Below are positions 9,191 to 20,505 of a stretch of 64,000 nucleotides of DNA, in pieces. Below the pieces are notes generated by a model that searched no databases, was not told the DNA's origin, and was given only the letters and a program-made list of their open reading frames with translations. The stretch's first letter is position 1. Each line of letters begins with the position of its first letter. Position numbers and translations under genes: made by a program. The stretch comes from Bacteroidia bacterium. GTDB lineage: Bacteria; Bacteroidota; Bacteroidia; Bacteroidales; VadinHA17. The stretch is from the NCBI GenBank assembly GCA_026391475.1, contig JAPLED010000129.1, forward strand, positions 27,301 to 91,300, in the 5' to 3' direction.

Positions 9191-12100
9191 ATGAGAGAAG
9201 TAGTACAAAAGGTAATTATCCTGGGATCAGGAGCGCTGAAAATCGGCGAAGCAGGCGAGTTTGATTACTCCGGCTCCCAGGCTCTTAAAGCATTAAAAGA
9301 GGAAAAAGTTCAAACAGTTTTAATTAATCCGAATATTGCAACGGTTCAAACCTCCGAAGAGCTGGCTGATAAGATCTACTTTCTCCCGGTTACTCCATAT
9401 TTTGTCGAAAAGGTGATTGCAAAAGAAAAGCCTGATGGAATTCTCTTATCCTTTGGCGGGCAGACAGCACTAAACTGTGGAACCGAACTTTATAAATCGG
9501 GGGTATTTGAAAAATATAATGTGAAAGTACTTGGTACTCCTGTTTCTGCAATAATGGATACTGAGGATCGTGAGCTTTTCGTAAAAAAACTTGATGAAAT
9601 AGATGTTAAAACGCCAAGCAGTATTGCCGTAGCGGGAGTTGATGAAGCAATTGAAGCCGCCCGCAAACTCGGATTCCCAATTATCATCAGAGCAGCATAT
9701 ACTCTGGGCGGTCAGGGAAGTGGTTTTGCATCAAATGCTGATGAACTGAGTACACTTGCATCAAAAGCATTTTCCTATACAAGCCAGATCCTTGTTGAAG
9801 AATCGCTTAAGGGATGGAAAGAGGTTGAATATGAGGTTGTAAGGGATAAATATGACAATTGCATCACTGTATGTAACATGGAGAATTTTGATCCGCTTGG
9901 AATACATACCGGTGAAAGTATTGTGGTTGCTCCATCCCAGACACTGACAAACAGTGAATACCATAAGCTGAGAGAACTTTCCATCAGGATAATCAGGCAT
10001 ATCGGAATAGTTGGTGAATGCAATGTTCAATTTGCTCTTGCCCCTGATTCTGAAGACTACCGGGTCATCGAAGTGAATGCCCGTTTATCGCGGTCAAGTG
10101 CACTTGCCTCAAAAGCTACAGGTTATCCGCTCGCATTTATTGCTGCAAAACTTGGAATGGGATATGGACTTCATGAACTTAAAAACTCTGTTACCAAAAA
10201 CACAACTGCCTGCTTTGAGCCGGCGCTTGATTATATAGTATGCAAGATCCCGCGGTGGGACCTGAATAAATTCGAAGGAGTTTCGCACCTCATTGGCAGC
10301 AGCATGAAAAGTGTCGGTGAGGTTATGGCCATTGGAAGAACCTTTGAAGAGGTTATTCAGAAAGGATTAAGAATGATCGGTCAGGGAATGCACGGCTTCA
10401 CCGGCAACCGTAACCTGGGCTTTGAGGATATTGAGAGGGAACTTGCCGAACCGACAGATATGCGGATCTTTTCAATTGCGGAAGCCCTTGAAATCGGAAT
10501 GCCGGTTGAAAGGATTTATGAACTGACAAAAATTGATAAATGGTTCCTCTTCAAACTGAAAAATATAATCAGCATTAAAGATGAACTTTGCAATTACCAA
10601 ACCCTGGAATCTATCCCGGCAGATCTGCTTTCCCACTCCAAGATAAACGGATTCAGCGATTTCCAGATTGCCCGGCATGTACTTAAATCCGGTCCGGCCC
10701 AGATTAATGACGACCTGATGAAGGTGCGAAATTACCGGAAATCGTTAGGTATTGTTCCCTATATTAAACAAATTGATACTCTTGCCGCTGAATATCCGGC
10801 AATAACAAATTATCTGTATTTGACTTACAGCGGTTCAGAGCACGATATTATATGTGAAACCGACAAAAAATCGGTTATAGTTCTGGGTTCAGGTGCATAC
10901 AGGATTGGCTCCAGTGTCGAATTCGACTGGTGTTCTGTTAATGCCATTGATACCGTAAAAAAAGAGGGATTCAGATCAATAATGATTAATTACAATCCCG
11001 AAACTGTAAGTACAGATTATGATATATGCGACAGGCTTTATTTCGATGAACTGACATTCGAAAGGGTTATGGATATAATTGACCTGGAAAACCCCGGTGG
11101 GGTTATCGTATCGGTTGGTGGTCAGATCCCCAATAACCTGGCAATGAGGCTTTATAAAGAGAAGGTACCGGTTCTTGGCACTTCTCCGGTTTCAATCGAC
11201 AGGGCAGAAAACAGGCATAAGTTTTCTGAAATGCTTGATAATCTTTCTGTTGACCAACCACGATGGAAAGAACTCTCTTCAATTGATGATATTTTTGAAT
11301 TTGTCGACCGCATCGGGTTCCCTGTTCTTATCAGGCCCTCCTATGTTTTATCGGGGGCTGCGATGAATGTGGTCTCAAACAAAAACGAACTATCACATTA
11401 CCTTCACCTTGCAGCACAGGTTTCAAAACAATATCCGGTTGTTGTTTCTGAATTTATTGAGAATGCCAAGGAGATCGAGATGGATGCAGTGGCCCGTGAA
11501 GGGGAGATGATTGCTTACGCCATCAGTGAGCATGTGGAGTTTGCCGGTGTTCACTCAGGAGATGCAACAATGGTCTTCCCTGCCCAGAAAATATATTTTG
11601 AAACAGCCAGGAGGATTAAACGCATTTCGCGCCATATAGCAAAAGAGTTGAATATTTCAGGCCCTTTTAACATTCAATTCCTTGCAAAAGACAATGATAT
11701 AAAGGTTATCGAATGTAACCTGCGTGCAAGCCGAAGCATGCCTTTTGTTTCGAAAGTCCTTAAAGTCAATCTTATTGAACTTGCTACAAAAGTGATGCTT
11801 GGCGTTCCGGTTGAAAAACCGGGGAAAACGGTATTTGAACTCGATTATGTGGGAGTTAAAGCACCTCAGTTCAGTTTTTCGCGACTTGCCAAGGCCGACC
11901 CTGTCCTCGGAGTTGACATGTCGTCCACAGGGGAAGTCGGATGCATTGGAGAAGGTTTTTATGAAGCAATACTCAAAGCTATGTTTTCTGTTGGCTACAG
12001 GGTGCCTAAAAAGAGTATTCTGCTTTCAACCGGTCCGGCCCGTTCAAAAGTTGAACTTCTCAACAGTGCCAGAGCCCTGCGTGAAAAAGGACATAAGCTT

Positions 12101-12412
12101 TATGCAACCAGAGGCACCCAGCAGTTTCTGGAAAATGCAGGAGTCGAGGCTCATGTGGCATACTGGCCCGATGAAAATAAATCACCAAATACAATCGATC
12201 TTATTAAATCGCGCGAGGTGGATCTTGTTGTGAACATTCCTAAAGACCTCAGCGATAAAGAACTTAATAACGACTATACTATAAGAAGAAGCGCTGTGGA
12301 TTATAATGTTCCTCTCATTACCAATTCACGACTGGCAAGTGCGTTTATACTGGCTTTCTGTCGGATGAGTATAGACGACCTCGAAATTAAGAGTTGGGAT
12401 GAGTATAAATAA
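9191..12412 (+). CDS. carB: Carbamoyl-phosphate synthase large subunit
   Basis: 1073 aa with duplicated ATP-grasp halves (EVNARLSRSSALASKATG and ECNLRASRSMPFVSK) and a C-terminal MGS-like domain. Confidence 0.97.
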   Translation: MREVVQKVIILGSGALKIGEAGEFDYSGSQALKALKEEKVQTVLINPNIATVQTSEELADKIYFLPVTPYFVEKVIAKEKPDGILLSFGGQTALNCGTELYKSGVFEKYNVKVLGTPVSAIMDTEDRELFVKKLDEIDVKTPSSIAVAGVDEAIEAARKLGFPIIIRAAYTLGGQGSGFASNADELSTLASKAFSYTSQILVEESLKGWKEVEYEVVRDKYDNCITVCNMENFDPLGIHTGESIVVAPSQTLTNSEYHKLRELSIRIIRHIGIVGECNVQFALAPDSEDYRVIEVNARLSRSSALASKATGYPLAFIAAKLGMGYGLHELKNSVTKNTTACFEPALDYIVCKIPRWDLNKFEGVSHLIGSSMKSVGEVMAIGRTFEEVIQKGLRMIGQGMHGFTGNRNLGFEDIERELAEPTDMRIFSIAEALEIGMPVERIYELTKIDKWFLFKLKNIISIKDELCNYQTLESIPADLLSHSKINGFSDFQIARHVLKSGPAQINDDLMKVRNYRKSLGIVPYIKQIDTLAAEYPAITNYLYLTYSGSEHDIICETDKKSVIVLGSGAYRIGSSVEFDWCSVNAIDTVKKEGFRSIMINYNPETVSTDYDICDRLYFDELTFERVMDIIDLENPGGVIVSVGGQIPNNLAMRLYKEKVPVLGTSPVSIDRAENRHKFSEMLDNLSVDQPRWKELSSIDDIFEFVDRIGFPVLIRPSYVLSGAAMNVVSNKNELSHYLHLAAQVSKQYPVVVSEFIENAKEIEMDAVAREGEMIAYAISEHVEFAGVHSGDATMVFPAQKIYFETARRIKRISRHIAKELNISGPFNIQFLAKDNDIKVIECNLRASRSMPFVSKVLKVNLIELATKVMLGVPVEKPGKTVFELDYVGVKAPQFSFSRLAKADPVLGVDMSSTGEVGCIGEGFYEAILKAMFSVGYRVPKKSILLSTGPARSKVELLNSARALREKGHKLYATRGTQQFLENAGVEAHVAYWPDENKSPNTIDLIKSREVDLVVNIPKDLSDKELNNDYTIRRSAVDYNVPLITNSRLASAFILAFCRMSIDDLEIKSWDEYK

Positions 12413-12482
12413 AAGATAAAAGACAAAAGGCTGCAGAACCATTGGACTGCGAGACAACCAGACAATCAGACATCCAGACAAT

Positions 12483-12932
12483 ATGATAACTATTCGAAAA
12501 GCCAAACCTGAAGATGCTTCAGCAATTATTGATTTTCAGCAAAAAATGGCGTGGGAAACGGAACAGCTGACCCTGATACCGGAGTTAATCGCTAAGGGGG
12601 TAAAGGCTGTTTTCGCCAAAACAACCCGCGGACAGTATTGGGTTGCGGAAGAGGAAGGTAATGTTGTTGCCTCATTGTTAATTACTTTTGAATGGAGCGA
12701 CTGGAGAAACACTAATGTCTGGTGGTTCCAGTCTGTTTATGTACTGCCGGCTTTCCGGAGAACAGGCATTTTCAGATCGATGTATTCGCACATCAAAAAT
12801 GAAGCTGATAAACAAAATGTTGCAGGGCTTCGTCTTTACGTTGAATCAAATAATTCAAGAGCACAGAAAACCTATGAAGCTCTTGGAATGAAGAGCGAGC
12901 ATTATACAATGTATGAATGGTTGAAGGAATAA
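12483..12932 (+). CDS. GNAT-family N-acetyltransferase
   Basis: 149 aa with an acetyl-CoA motif-A-like segment (VLPAFRRTGIFRSM). Confidence 0.8.
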   Translation: MITIRKAKPEDASAIIDFQQKMAWETEQLTLIPELIAKGVKAVFAKTTRGQYWVAEEEGNVVASLLITFEWSDWRNTNVWWFQSVYVLPAFRRTGIFRSMYSHIKNEADKQNVAGLRLYVESNNSRAQKTYEALGMKSEHYTMYEWLKE

Positions 12933-15113
12933 TTAATTCCCCATTTCCGAAAGAAACTTGATTCTCATTAACCTGATCTCCTCCTCTTCGAACTCATTTC
13001 CAAGCTCTTTAATTGCCTCGGTGAGCGAGTCAGATTCAGCCTCTTCCCTGAAATATAAATATATATCATGCTGCCGCTCCTCATCAATCGTATTGTTGAT
13101 ATAATAATCGAGGTTGATCCTGGTTCCGGAATTAACGATTGCTTCGATCTCCGATATCAGTTCTCCCATCTCAAGCCCTTTTGCTTCAGCAATATCTTCG
13201 AGAGGTCTTTTCATATCAATACTCTGGATGATATATACTTTTATTCCTGATTTATTGACGACCGATTTTACAACCATATCGAGGGGCCGTATTATCTCTT
13301 TCTCCTCGACATACTTTTTGATGATCTCTATAAATTCTTCACCATATCGCTGCGCTTTACCTGCTCCCACCCCGGTAATATTCTGAAGTTCGTCAATGGT
13401 TACAGGGTATTGGATAGCCATATCCTCGAGGGAAGGATCCTGAAAAATAACAAACGGGGGGACATCTTTCTGTTTCGACAGTTTTTTCCGTAAGTCCTTC
13501 AGGATGCTGAACAGTTCCTCATCAACTGCCGCTGTTCTTGCCCCAAAGGCATTTTCTTCATCAGTAGTATCGGCATAGTCGTGATCCTCGGCAAGCATGA
13601 AGGATGTGGGTTTTTCGAGAAACTCCATGCCCTTGGTTGTCAGTTTTAGAAGGCCATAGTTCTCAATATCTTTCGTAAGAAACTTAGCGATGAGAGCCTG
13701 CCTGATAACCATATTCCAGAACTTTTCATCCTTATCTTCTCCTATACCGAAAAATTCGAGTTTATGGTGCTTATACGATTTAATTGCTGCGGTAATTTTT
13801 CCTGAAAGGATATTTGAAACATGATCAGCTTTAAATTTTTCCTTTACAGCGAGAATAGTCTCTAAAACATTGACAACAGCCTCATTACCTTCAAATTGTG
13901 ATTTAGGATGGAGGCAGTTATCACAAGCCTCACAGTTTTCCTTATGATATTCTTCACCAAAATAGTGGAGTAACAGTTTCCTCCGGCACACGGAGGATTC
14001 AGCATACGAAACGGTCTCAAGAAGTAGTTGTTTACCAATCTCCTGTTCAGCAATAGGTTTCCCCTGCATGAATTTCTCGAGTTTCTGGATATCGTTATAA
14101 CTATAATATGCTATACAATTCCCCTCACCGCCATCGCGACCGGCTCGTCCTGTTTCCTGGTAGTACCCTTCAAGGCTTTTCGGTATATCAAAATGGATTA
14201 CAAACCTCACATCAGGTTTATCAATTCCCATCCCGAAAGCTATAGTTGCAACAATGATATCTGCCTCCTCCATCAGGAACTTGTCCTGGTTCAATGTGCG
14301 TGTAGCGGAATCCATGCCGGCATGGTAAGGAAGTGCTTTGATCCCATTAACCTTAAGTATTTCGGCCATCTCCTCAACTTTCTTACGACTCAGACAGTAA
14401 ATTATCCCTGATTTCCCGGAATTATTTTTAATGTACTTAATTATCTCCTTTGTGACATCCTGTTTGGACTTTACCTCATAGTAGAGATTTGGCCTGTTAA
14501 ATGACGATTTAAAAACTTCCGCATCCAGGATACCCAGGTTTTTCTGAATATCGTGCTGAACTTTCGGTGTGGCTGTTGCTGTAAGTGCTATAATTGGCGA
14601 CCGTCCAATTGTATCGATTATTGGTCTGATGCGTCTGTATTCAGGCCTGAAGTCGTGCCCCCACTCTGATATACAATGAGCTTCATCGACAGCATAAAAT
14701 GATATCTTAATATTTTTAAGAAACTCAATATTTTCTTCTTTTGTTAATGATTCGGGAGCGACATAAAGAAGTTTTGCCTTGCCCGACATTACATCTTTTT
14801 TTACTCTTGTTATCTCTGTCTTTGTAAGTGATGAATTAAGGAAGTGGGCAACATCGTCGTCGGTGCTGAAGTTCCTCATTGCATCAACCTGGTTTTTCAT
14901 CAGGGCAATAAGGGGCGATATTACTATAGCAGTTCCCTTCTTCATAACAGCTGGCAGCTGGTAACAAAGCGACTTTCCTCCTCCGGTCGGCATTAGCACA
15001 AAAGTATCTCTGCCAGACAGAACATTCATTATAATTGGCTCCTGATTGCCTTTAAAAGTATCAAAACCAAAATACTTTTTTAAGTAATCGTGTATCGTAG
15101 AATCATTTAACAT
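12933..15113 (-). CDS. recQ: ATP-dependent DNA helicase RecQ
   Basis: 726 aa with PTGGGKSLCYQLPA, DEAHCISEWGHDFRPEY, a Zn-binding Cys cluster and a C-terminal HRDC region. Confidence 0.95.
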   Translation of the reverse strand: MLNDSTIHDYLKKYFGFDTFKGNQEPIIMNVLSGRDTFVLMPTGGGKSLCYQLPAVMKKGTAIVISPLIALMKNQVDAMRNFSTDDDVAHFLNSSLTKTEITRVKKDVMSGKAKLLYVAPESLTKEENIEFLKNIKISFYAVDEAHCISEWGHDFRPEYRRIRPIIDTIGRSPIIALTATATPKVQHDIQKNLGILDAEVFKSSFNRPNLYYEVKSKQDVTKEIIKYIKNNSGKSGIIYCLSRKKVEEMAEILKVNGIKALPYHAGMDSATRTLNQDKFLMEEADIIVATIAFGMGIDKPDVRFVIHFDIPKSLEGYYQETGRAGRDGGEGNCIAYYSYNDIQKLEKFMQGKPIAEQEIGKQLLLETVSYAESSVCRRKLLLHYFGEEYHKENCEACDNCLHPKSQFEGNEAVVNVLETILAVKEKFKADHVSNILSGKITAAIKSYKHHKLEFFGIGEDKDEKFWNMVIRQALIAKFLTKDIENYGLLKLTTKGMEFLEKPTSFMLAEDHDYADTTDEENAFGARTAAVDEELFSILKDLRKKLSKQKDVPPFVIFQDPSLEDMAIQYPVTIDELQNITGVGAGKAQRYGEEFIEIIKKYVEEKEIIRPLDMVVKSVVNKSGIKVYIIQSIDMKRPLEDIAEAKGLEMGELISEIEAIVNSGTRINLDYYINNTIDEERQHDIYLYFREEAESDSLTEAIKELGNEFEEEEIRLMRIKFLSEMGN

Positions 15114-15339
15114 ATTTTTTCCAAAATGGTAAAAATGAGCAACTATAAAGAACTTCGATTTTACAGTTTATATAAAGTTAATAAATTTCCTGATCAAATA
15201 ATACATTTATTTTATTATTAACAAAAATGATTGATTTAAATACTTTTCAAAGAATTTTACCGTAGGATAGAATTTGATGTTGTTTTGCAAAGGAAGATTT
15301 ATCATCTTTGCAGGCTGTATTTTAAACTAATTTAAACAG

Positions 15340-16218
15340 GTGCCGATGGCAATATTGGGGAAAAAAGGGAAAAAGGGTGAGAAAGAGATGTCATTCCTTC
15401 AACATCTCGAGGAATTAAGATGGCATATTATCAGGTCAATTTTAGCTATAGTCTTCTTTATGATCATAGCTTTTATATTTAAAAACATTCTTTTCAATAC
15501 GATTATTCTTGGCCCCAAAAGCCCTGGGTTTATTACCAACCGATTACTTTGCGAGCTTGGGGAATATCTTAAAACTACTTCATTATGTATTAACACGAAA
15601 CCATTAAATCTTATCAGCATAAAAATGTCGGGACAGATTACAACTCACATAACAGCTGCCATGGTTGCCGGTCTGATCCTTGCATTTCCGGTAATACTAT
15701 GGGAGTTCTGGCAATTCTTCAAACCAGCCCTTAAACCCAACGAGGCAAGGTATGCAAAGGGGGCAGTACTGGCGGCTTCGGGGTTATTTTTTATCGGAGT
15801 CCTCTTTGGATATTTTATGCTAGCGCCGCTCTCTATACATTTTCTTAGCTCATATGAAGTTGATCCGTCGGTTGTCAATCAAATCAATATCAGATCATAT
15901 ATCGGTACCCTCACATCAGTATGCCTGGCTACAGGATTAGTTTTCGAACTGCCGATAATAGCTTTCTTCCTCACCAAGATAGGTATTATTACCCCAACCT
16001 TTATGAGAAAATACAGGAAGCATGCAATCGTGGTCATCTTTATAATTGCCGCAATTATCACTCCTCCAGATGTCTTTTCACAGACACTTGTCGCAATCCC
16101 TCTTCTTATTCTTTACGAGGTCAGCATTTTAATTTCGGCCAGGGTCATGAAGCAAAAAGAAAAAGATCGCAAAGAATTCTTTGATGAGGATGAAAAAACC
16201 GAACCTGCAACTTCATAG
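15340..16218 (+). CDS. tatC: Twin-arginine translocase subunit TatC
   Basis: SFLQHLEELRWHIIRS N-terminus and six predicted TM segments. The start is uncertain (GTG 15340, ATG 15346 or ATG 15388). Confidence 0.9.
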   Translation: MPMAILGKKGKKGEKEMSFLQHLEELRWHIIRSILAIVFFMIIAFIFKNILFNTIILGPKSPGFITNRLLCELGEYLKTTSLCINTKPLNLISIKMSGQITTHITAAMVAGLILAFPVILWEFWQFFKPALKPNEARYAKGAVLAASGLFFIGVLFGYFMLAPLSIHFLSSYEVDPSVVNQINIRSYIGTLTSVCLATGLVFELPIIAFFLTKIGIITPTFMRKYRKHAIVVIFIIAAIITPPDVFSQTLVAIPLLILYEVSILISARVMKQKEKDRKEFFDEDEKTEPATS

Positions 16219-16226
16219 TATATTAA

Positions 16227-16952
16227 ATGAAACTATACACTGAAAATCTTGTAAAAAAGTATCGCAGCAGGACAGTTGTTGACCATGTTTCTGTTGATGT
16301 TGAACAAGGGGAGATTGTTGGGTTACTTGGTCCGAACGGTGCAGGTAAAACAACAACTTTTTACATGATAGTCGGTTTAATCAGACCAAGAGAAGGAAAG
16401 ATATTTATGGATGATGAAGAAATAACTTCACTTCCTGTTTATAAACGTGCAAGAAAAGGTATCGGATATCTTGCACAGGAAGCTTCAATATTCAGAAATA
16501 TGTCTGTTGAAGACAATATCCGTGCAGTCCTCGAAATGTCGGGATTTCCAAAAGAAGAACAAAAAGAAAGACTTGAGACTCTTCTGAATGAATTTGGCCT
16601 TCAGAAGATCAGAAAAAATAAAGGCATCCAGCTTTCCGGTGGTGAAAGAAGACGCACCGAAATCGCAAGAGCACTTGCCCTTAAACCGAAATTCATTTTA
16701 CTTGATGAACCCTTTGCCGGGGTTGATCCTATCGCCGTTGAAGATATCCAGGAGATTGTATCGAAACTAAGGGAGAAACAAATCGGTATTCTGATAACCG
16801 ACCATAATGTTCATGAGACCCTTTCCATTACTGATCGTGCTTACCTTCTTTTCGAGGGACGCATCCTTAAATCGGGCACATCTGCACAACTGGCAGATGA
16901 TGAGCATGTAAGAAAAGTCTATCTCGGAAAGAACTTTGAACTGCGCAGGTAA
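16227..16952 (+). CDS. lptB: LPS export ABC transporter ATP-binding protein
   Basis: 241 aa with [28 protein letters not shown] and [11 protein letters not shown]. Confidence 0.9.
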   Translation: MKLYTENLVKKYRSRTVVDHVSVDVEQGEIVGLLGPNGAGKTTTFYMIVGLIRPREGKIFMDDEEITSLPVYKRARKGIGYLAQEASIFRNMSVEDNIRAVLEMSGFPKEEQKERLETLLNEFGLQKIRKNKGIQLSGGERRRTEIARALALKPKFILLDEPFAGVDPIAVEDIQEIVSKLREKQIGILITDHNVHETLSITDRAYLLFEGRILKSGTSAQLADDEHVRKVYLGKNFELRR

Positions 16953-16984
16953 CACATTCAATTTGTTTTGATAATAATTTATTA

Positions 16985-16992
16985 TACTTTTG
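16985..16992 (+). promoter_or_regulatory. -7 promoter box (TACTTTTG) upstream of tRNA-Leu
   Basis: TAnnTTTG match 15 nt upstream of the mature tRNA 5' end. Confidence 0.4.
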
Positions 16993-17006
16993 CGGGGAAT
17001 TTTATC

Positions 17007-17089
17007 GCGGATGTGTCGTAATTGGTAGCCGAGCAAGACTTAGGATCTTGTGTCTTTGTGACGTGGGGGTTCGAGTCCCTTCATCCGCA
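17007..17089 (+). tRNA. tRNA-Leu (anticodon TAG), class II with a long variable arm
   Basis: Hand-folded. Acceptor GCGGATG/CATCCGC, anticodon stem CAAGA/TCTTG with loop CTTAGGA, T-loop TTCGAGT, and a 15-nt variable arm. Confidence 0.9.
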
Positions 17090-17097
17090 CAAATGAC

Positions 17098-17142
17098 AAA
17101 CCGCCCGTAACGATCTTTAATAGTGCGTTTTGGCGGTTTTTT
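17098..17142 (+). terminator. Possible intrinsic terminator after tRNA-Leu
   Basis: AAACCGCC pairs with GGCGGTTT and is followed by a T-run. The loop is long (about 26 nt), so this is tentative. Confidence 0.4.
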
Positions 17143-17167
17143 AACGATGCAATAAACAAGAATTAAA

Positions 17168-18517
17168 ATGAATATCACCAGAGAAAACATCGACGACCTG
17201 AATGCTGTGTTAAAAATTGAGATCAGGAAACCCGATTATGAAGATAAGGTTGAAACCGTATTGAAAGATTACAGGAAAAAAGCAACAATAAAAGGATTTC
17301 GTCCGGGAATGGTTCCGATAGGCCTTGTAAAAAAAATGCACGGCAAAGCTGTCCAGGTCGACGAGATCAACAAAATAGTAACAGAAAACATTCAAAAATA
17401 TATTACTGACGAAAAGATTGAAATCCTTGGTGATCCGATTCCAAAAACAGACGATCAGGAAAAGATTGATTTTGATACCCAGGAGGATTTTACTTTCTCT
17501 TTTGAACTTGGACTGGCCCCGGTTATTGAACTGAAGCTAAGCAAAAAAAATAAAGTCAATCTGCATGAGATCATCATCGACGAAAAGATGAAGAGCGATT
17601 ATCTTGATAATTACACCCGCCGTTACGGAGAGTTAAGAAAAGCTGACCTTACAGAAGAGAAGGATGTGATTAAGGGTAAAATTGAAGCTGTTGATAAGAA
17701 TGGCGATGTGATACCTGAAGGTCCTTCTGTAAAAGATACCTCACTTGGTATTGACATCATAAAGGATAAAAAAATCAAAAAACAGTTTATCGGTAAAAGC
17801 CAAAACGATTCTATAGACTTCGACCTGAAAAAAGCTTTTCCAAACGATACTGAAGTAGCCGGGATATTACATAAAAAAAAGGAAGAGGTTGCTGAACTTG
17901 AGGGGAACTTCAGGTTTACGATCAATGAAATAAGCCGTTTCCACCCTGCAAAATTAGGGAAAGAGCTTTTCGACAAGGTATATGGTGAAGGAGTAGTGAA
18001 TTCGGAAGCTGAATTCATGAAGAAGATCGAAGATGAGATCGCAATAAACTTAAAACGTGAAAGCGATATTAAACTGATGATGGATATTAAAAACCTAGCC
18101 ATTGAAAAAACCGATTTTCAGATTCCTGAAGAGTTCCTGAAAAGATGGCTTCTTAAAGTCAATGAAAATACCACTGAGGTGCAGATCGAAAAAGAATTCG
18201 GCAGTTTCAGAAAAGACCTTAAATGGCAGCTTATCAGGAACAAGGTTGCTCGTGATAATGAAGTGAAGATCACTGAAGAAGATCTGCTGAAAGAAGCTGA
18301 AAACATAACCAGGTATCAGTTCCAGAAGTATGGTCTGTTCTATGCCACCGACGAACAGATAAGCAATTATGCAAAAGAGACTCTTAAAAGAGAAGATGAT
18401 GCAAAAAAAATTGCTGACAAGATACTTGAAGAAAAGGTTATTTTGCTTATGAAGGAACTTGTGAAGCTTGAAAACAAGAGTGTCACAGTAGAGGAATTCA
18501 ATAAGCTTTTTGAATAG
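17168..18517 (+). CDS. tig: Trigger factor
   Basis: 449 aa with an N-terminal ribosome-binding region (GFRPGMVP signature) and overall trigger-factor architecture. Confidence 0.93.
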   Translation: MNITRENIDDLNAVLKIEIRKPDYEDKVETVLKDYRKKATIKGFRPGMVPIGLVKKMHGKAVQVDEINKIVTENIQKYITDEKIEILGDPIPKTDDQEKIDFDTQEDFTFSFELGLAPVIELKLSKKNKVNLHEIIIDEKMKSDYLDNYTRRYGELRKADLTEEKDVIKGKIEAVDKNGDVIPEGPSVKDTSLGIDIIKDKKIKKQFIGKSQNDSIDFDLKKAFPNDTEVAGILHKKKEEVAELEGNFRFTINEISRFHPAKLGKELFDKVYGEGVVNSEAEFMKKIEDEIAINLKRESDIKLMMDIKNLAIEKTDFQIPEEFLKRWLLKVNENTTEVQIEKEFGSFRKDLKWQLIRNKVARDNEVKITEEDLLKEAENITRYQFQKYGLFYATDEQISNYAKETLKREDDAKKIADKILEEKVILLMKELVKLENKSVTVEEFNKLFE

Positions 18518-18553
18518 TAATCAACGCATTGCGATGATATATTTTTATTTTAC

Positions 18554-18561
18554 TATCTTTG
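18554..18561 (+). promoter_or_regulatory. -7 promoter box (TATCTTTG) upstream of clpP
   Basis: Exact TAnnTTTG match 26 nt before the ATG at 18587. Confidence 0.45.
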
Positions 18562-18586
18562 TTTGTTAATTTTTAATCCTGAAAAT

Positions 18587-19264
18587 ATGAGTATTCTTGA
18601 CGATTTTGGGAAATATGCAAAAAGCAAACGTGGAATCAGCAGCATGAACCTGCACAGGTACATCTCCATTCACAGCAGCTATATATCTCCAACAATTATT
18701 GAAGAGCGACAATTAAATGTGGCATCAATGGATGTCTTTTCACGTCTGATGATGGACAGGATTATTTTCCTTGGCTTGCCAATAGATGATTATGTAGCTA
18801 ATATTATACAGGCCCAGTTGCTTTATCTCGATTCAGCTGATCCCGGAAAAGATATTCAGATATATTTCAATACTCCTGGCGGATCAGTTAATGCCGGTCT
18901 GGGGATTTACGATACAATGCAGTATATTTCATCCGATATTGCCACAATCTGTACCGGGATGGCAGCTTCAATGGGCGCTGTTCTCCTTACCGCCGGTAAA
19001 AAAGGAAAACGATCTGCTCTCAAACATTCCAGGATAATGATTCACCAGCCCATGGGTGGTGCAGAAGGACATGCTTCTGATATGGAAATTACCGTACGTG
19101 AAATCGTAAAACTTAGGAAAGAACTTTACGAAATAATTGCACTTCATTCCGGAAATACGGTTGAAAAAGTTGAAAAAGATTCTGACAGGGATTATTGGAT
19201 GACGTCTCAGGAGGCTAAAGACTATGGGATGATTGATGAGATTCTTCAGAAAACACAAAAATAG
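18587..19264 (+). CDS. clpP: ATP-dependent Clp protease proteolytic subunit
   Basis: Catalytic-Ser context GMAASMGA and MIHQPMGG. The ORF-track TTG at 18563 is replaced by the ATG at 18587, which lies downstream of the predicted promoter. Confidence 0.95.
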   Translation: MSILDDFGKYAKSKRGISSMNLHRYISIHSSYISPTIIEERQLNVASMDVFSRLMMDRIIFLGLPIDDYVANIIQAQLLYLDSADPGKDIQIYFNTPGGSVNAGLGIYDTMQYISSDIATICTGMAASMGAVLLTAGKKGKRSALKHSRIMIHQPMGGAEGHASDMEITVREIVKLRKELYEIIALHSGNTVEKVEKDSDRDYWMTSQEAKDYGMIDEILQKTQK

Positions 19265-19270
19265 TCTGAC

Positions 19271-20485
19271 ATGGATAAATGTTCATTTTGCGGCAGAACA
19301 AAGAAAGAGGCCAATATGCTTGTTGCCGGCCTCGAGGGTCATATTTGTGACCACTGTATTGAGCAGGCTCACAGCATAATGAACGAAGAACTTGGTAATA
19401 AAAAGAATATTGCATTTGACAGTATTAACCTTCTTAAGCCTACCGAAATCAAGAATTTTCTCGACCAATATGTTATTGGTCAGGATATGGCAAAGAAGAT
19501 AATCTCAGTAGCTGTTTACAATCACTACAAAAGGCTGATGCAAAAGCCTGATGTCGAGGATATTGAGATTGAAAAATCAAATATTATACTTGTTGGAGAA
19601 ACAGGTACAGGAAAGACACTCCTCGCAAGAACTGTTGCAAAAATGCTGCACGTACCTTTTACAATTGTCGATGCAACTGTCCTTACTGAAGCAGGTTACG
19701 TAGGTGAAGATATTGAAAGTCTATTGACCAGGTTGCTTCAAAATGCAGATTATGATGTTAAAGCAGCTGAAAAAGGTATCGTTTTCATTGATGAGATCGA
19801 CAAAATTGCACGAAAGGGAGACAACCCTTCAATAACCCGCGATGTATCAGGGGAAGGTGTCCAGCAGGGACTTCTGAAATTACTCGAAGGTTCAATAGTT
19901 AATGTACCACCCCAAGGGGGACGTAAACATCCTGAACAGAAAATGATCCCTGTCGACACAAAAAATATCCTGTTTATCTGTGGGGGTGCTTTTGAGGGGA
20001 TCGAAAAGAAAATCGCACATCGGCTTAACACTCAGATTATTGGTTTTGGTGCCTCAAAAATCAGGGATAAAGTAGACAAAGATAACCTTCTTCAATATAT
20101 AGCTCCACAGGATCTCAGAGCTTACGGGCTAATACCTGAAATAATCGGCAGACTGCCAGTTCTGACACATCTTAATCCTCTTGACAGAACAGCCCTCAGA
20201 GCAATCCTTACTGAACCAAAAAACGCATTGGTGAAACAGTATATTAAGCTGTTCAAGATGGACAATATTGATCTCACATTTGCCGAAGGTGTTCTTGATT
20301 ATATTGTTAATAAAGCAATTGAATTCAAACTTGGAGCGCGTGGACTGAGATCGATTTGCGAGACCATCATGCTTGATGCCATGTTCGAAATGCCATCTAT
20401 TGACACGAATGAGCTTGAAATAACGATCGACTACGCAAGTCGCAAACTTGAAAGAGTAAACCTGAAAGTACTGAAAGCATCATAA
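19271..20485 (+). CDS. clpX: ATP-dependent Clp protease ATP-binding subunit ClpX
   Basis: N-terminal zinc finger CSFCGR...CDHC and Walker A GETGTGKT. Confidence 0.97.
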   Translation: MDKCSFCGRTKKEANMLVAGLEGHICDHCIEQAHSIMNEELGNKKNIAFDSINLLKPTEIKNFLDQYVIGQDMAKKIISVAVYNHYKRLMQKPDVEDIEIEKSNIILVGETGTGKTLLARTVAKMLHVPFTIVDATVLTEAGYVGEDIESLLTRLLQNADYDVKAAEKGIVFIDEIDKIARKGDNPSITRDVSGEGVQQGLLKLLEGSIVNVPPQGGRKHPEQKMIPVDTKNILFICGGAFEGIEKKIAHRLNTQIIGFGASKIRDKVDKDNLLQYIAPQDLRAYGLIPEIIGRLPVLTHLNPLDRTALRAILTEPKNALVKQYIKLFKMDNIDLTFAEGVLDYIVNKAIEFKLGARGLRSICETIMLDAMFEMPSIDTNELEITIDYASRKLERVNLKVLKAS

Positions 20486-20505
20486 AAAAAGAGAGGCTGT
20501 TTTTA

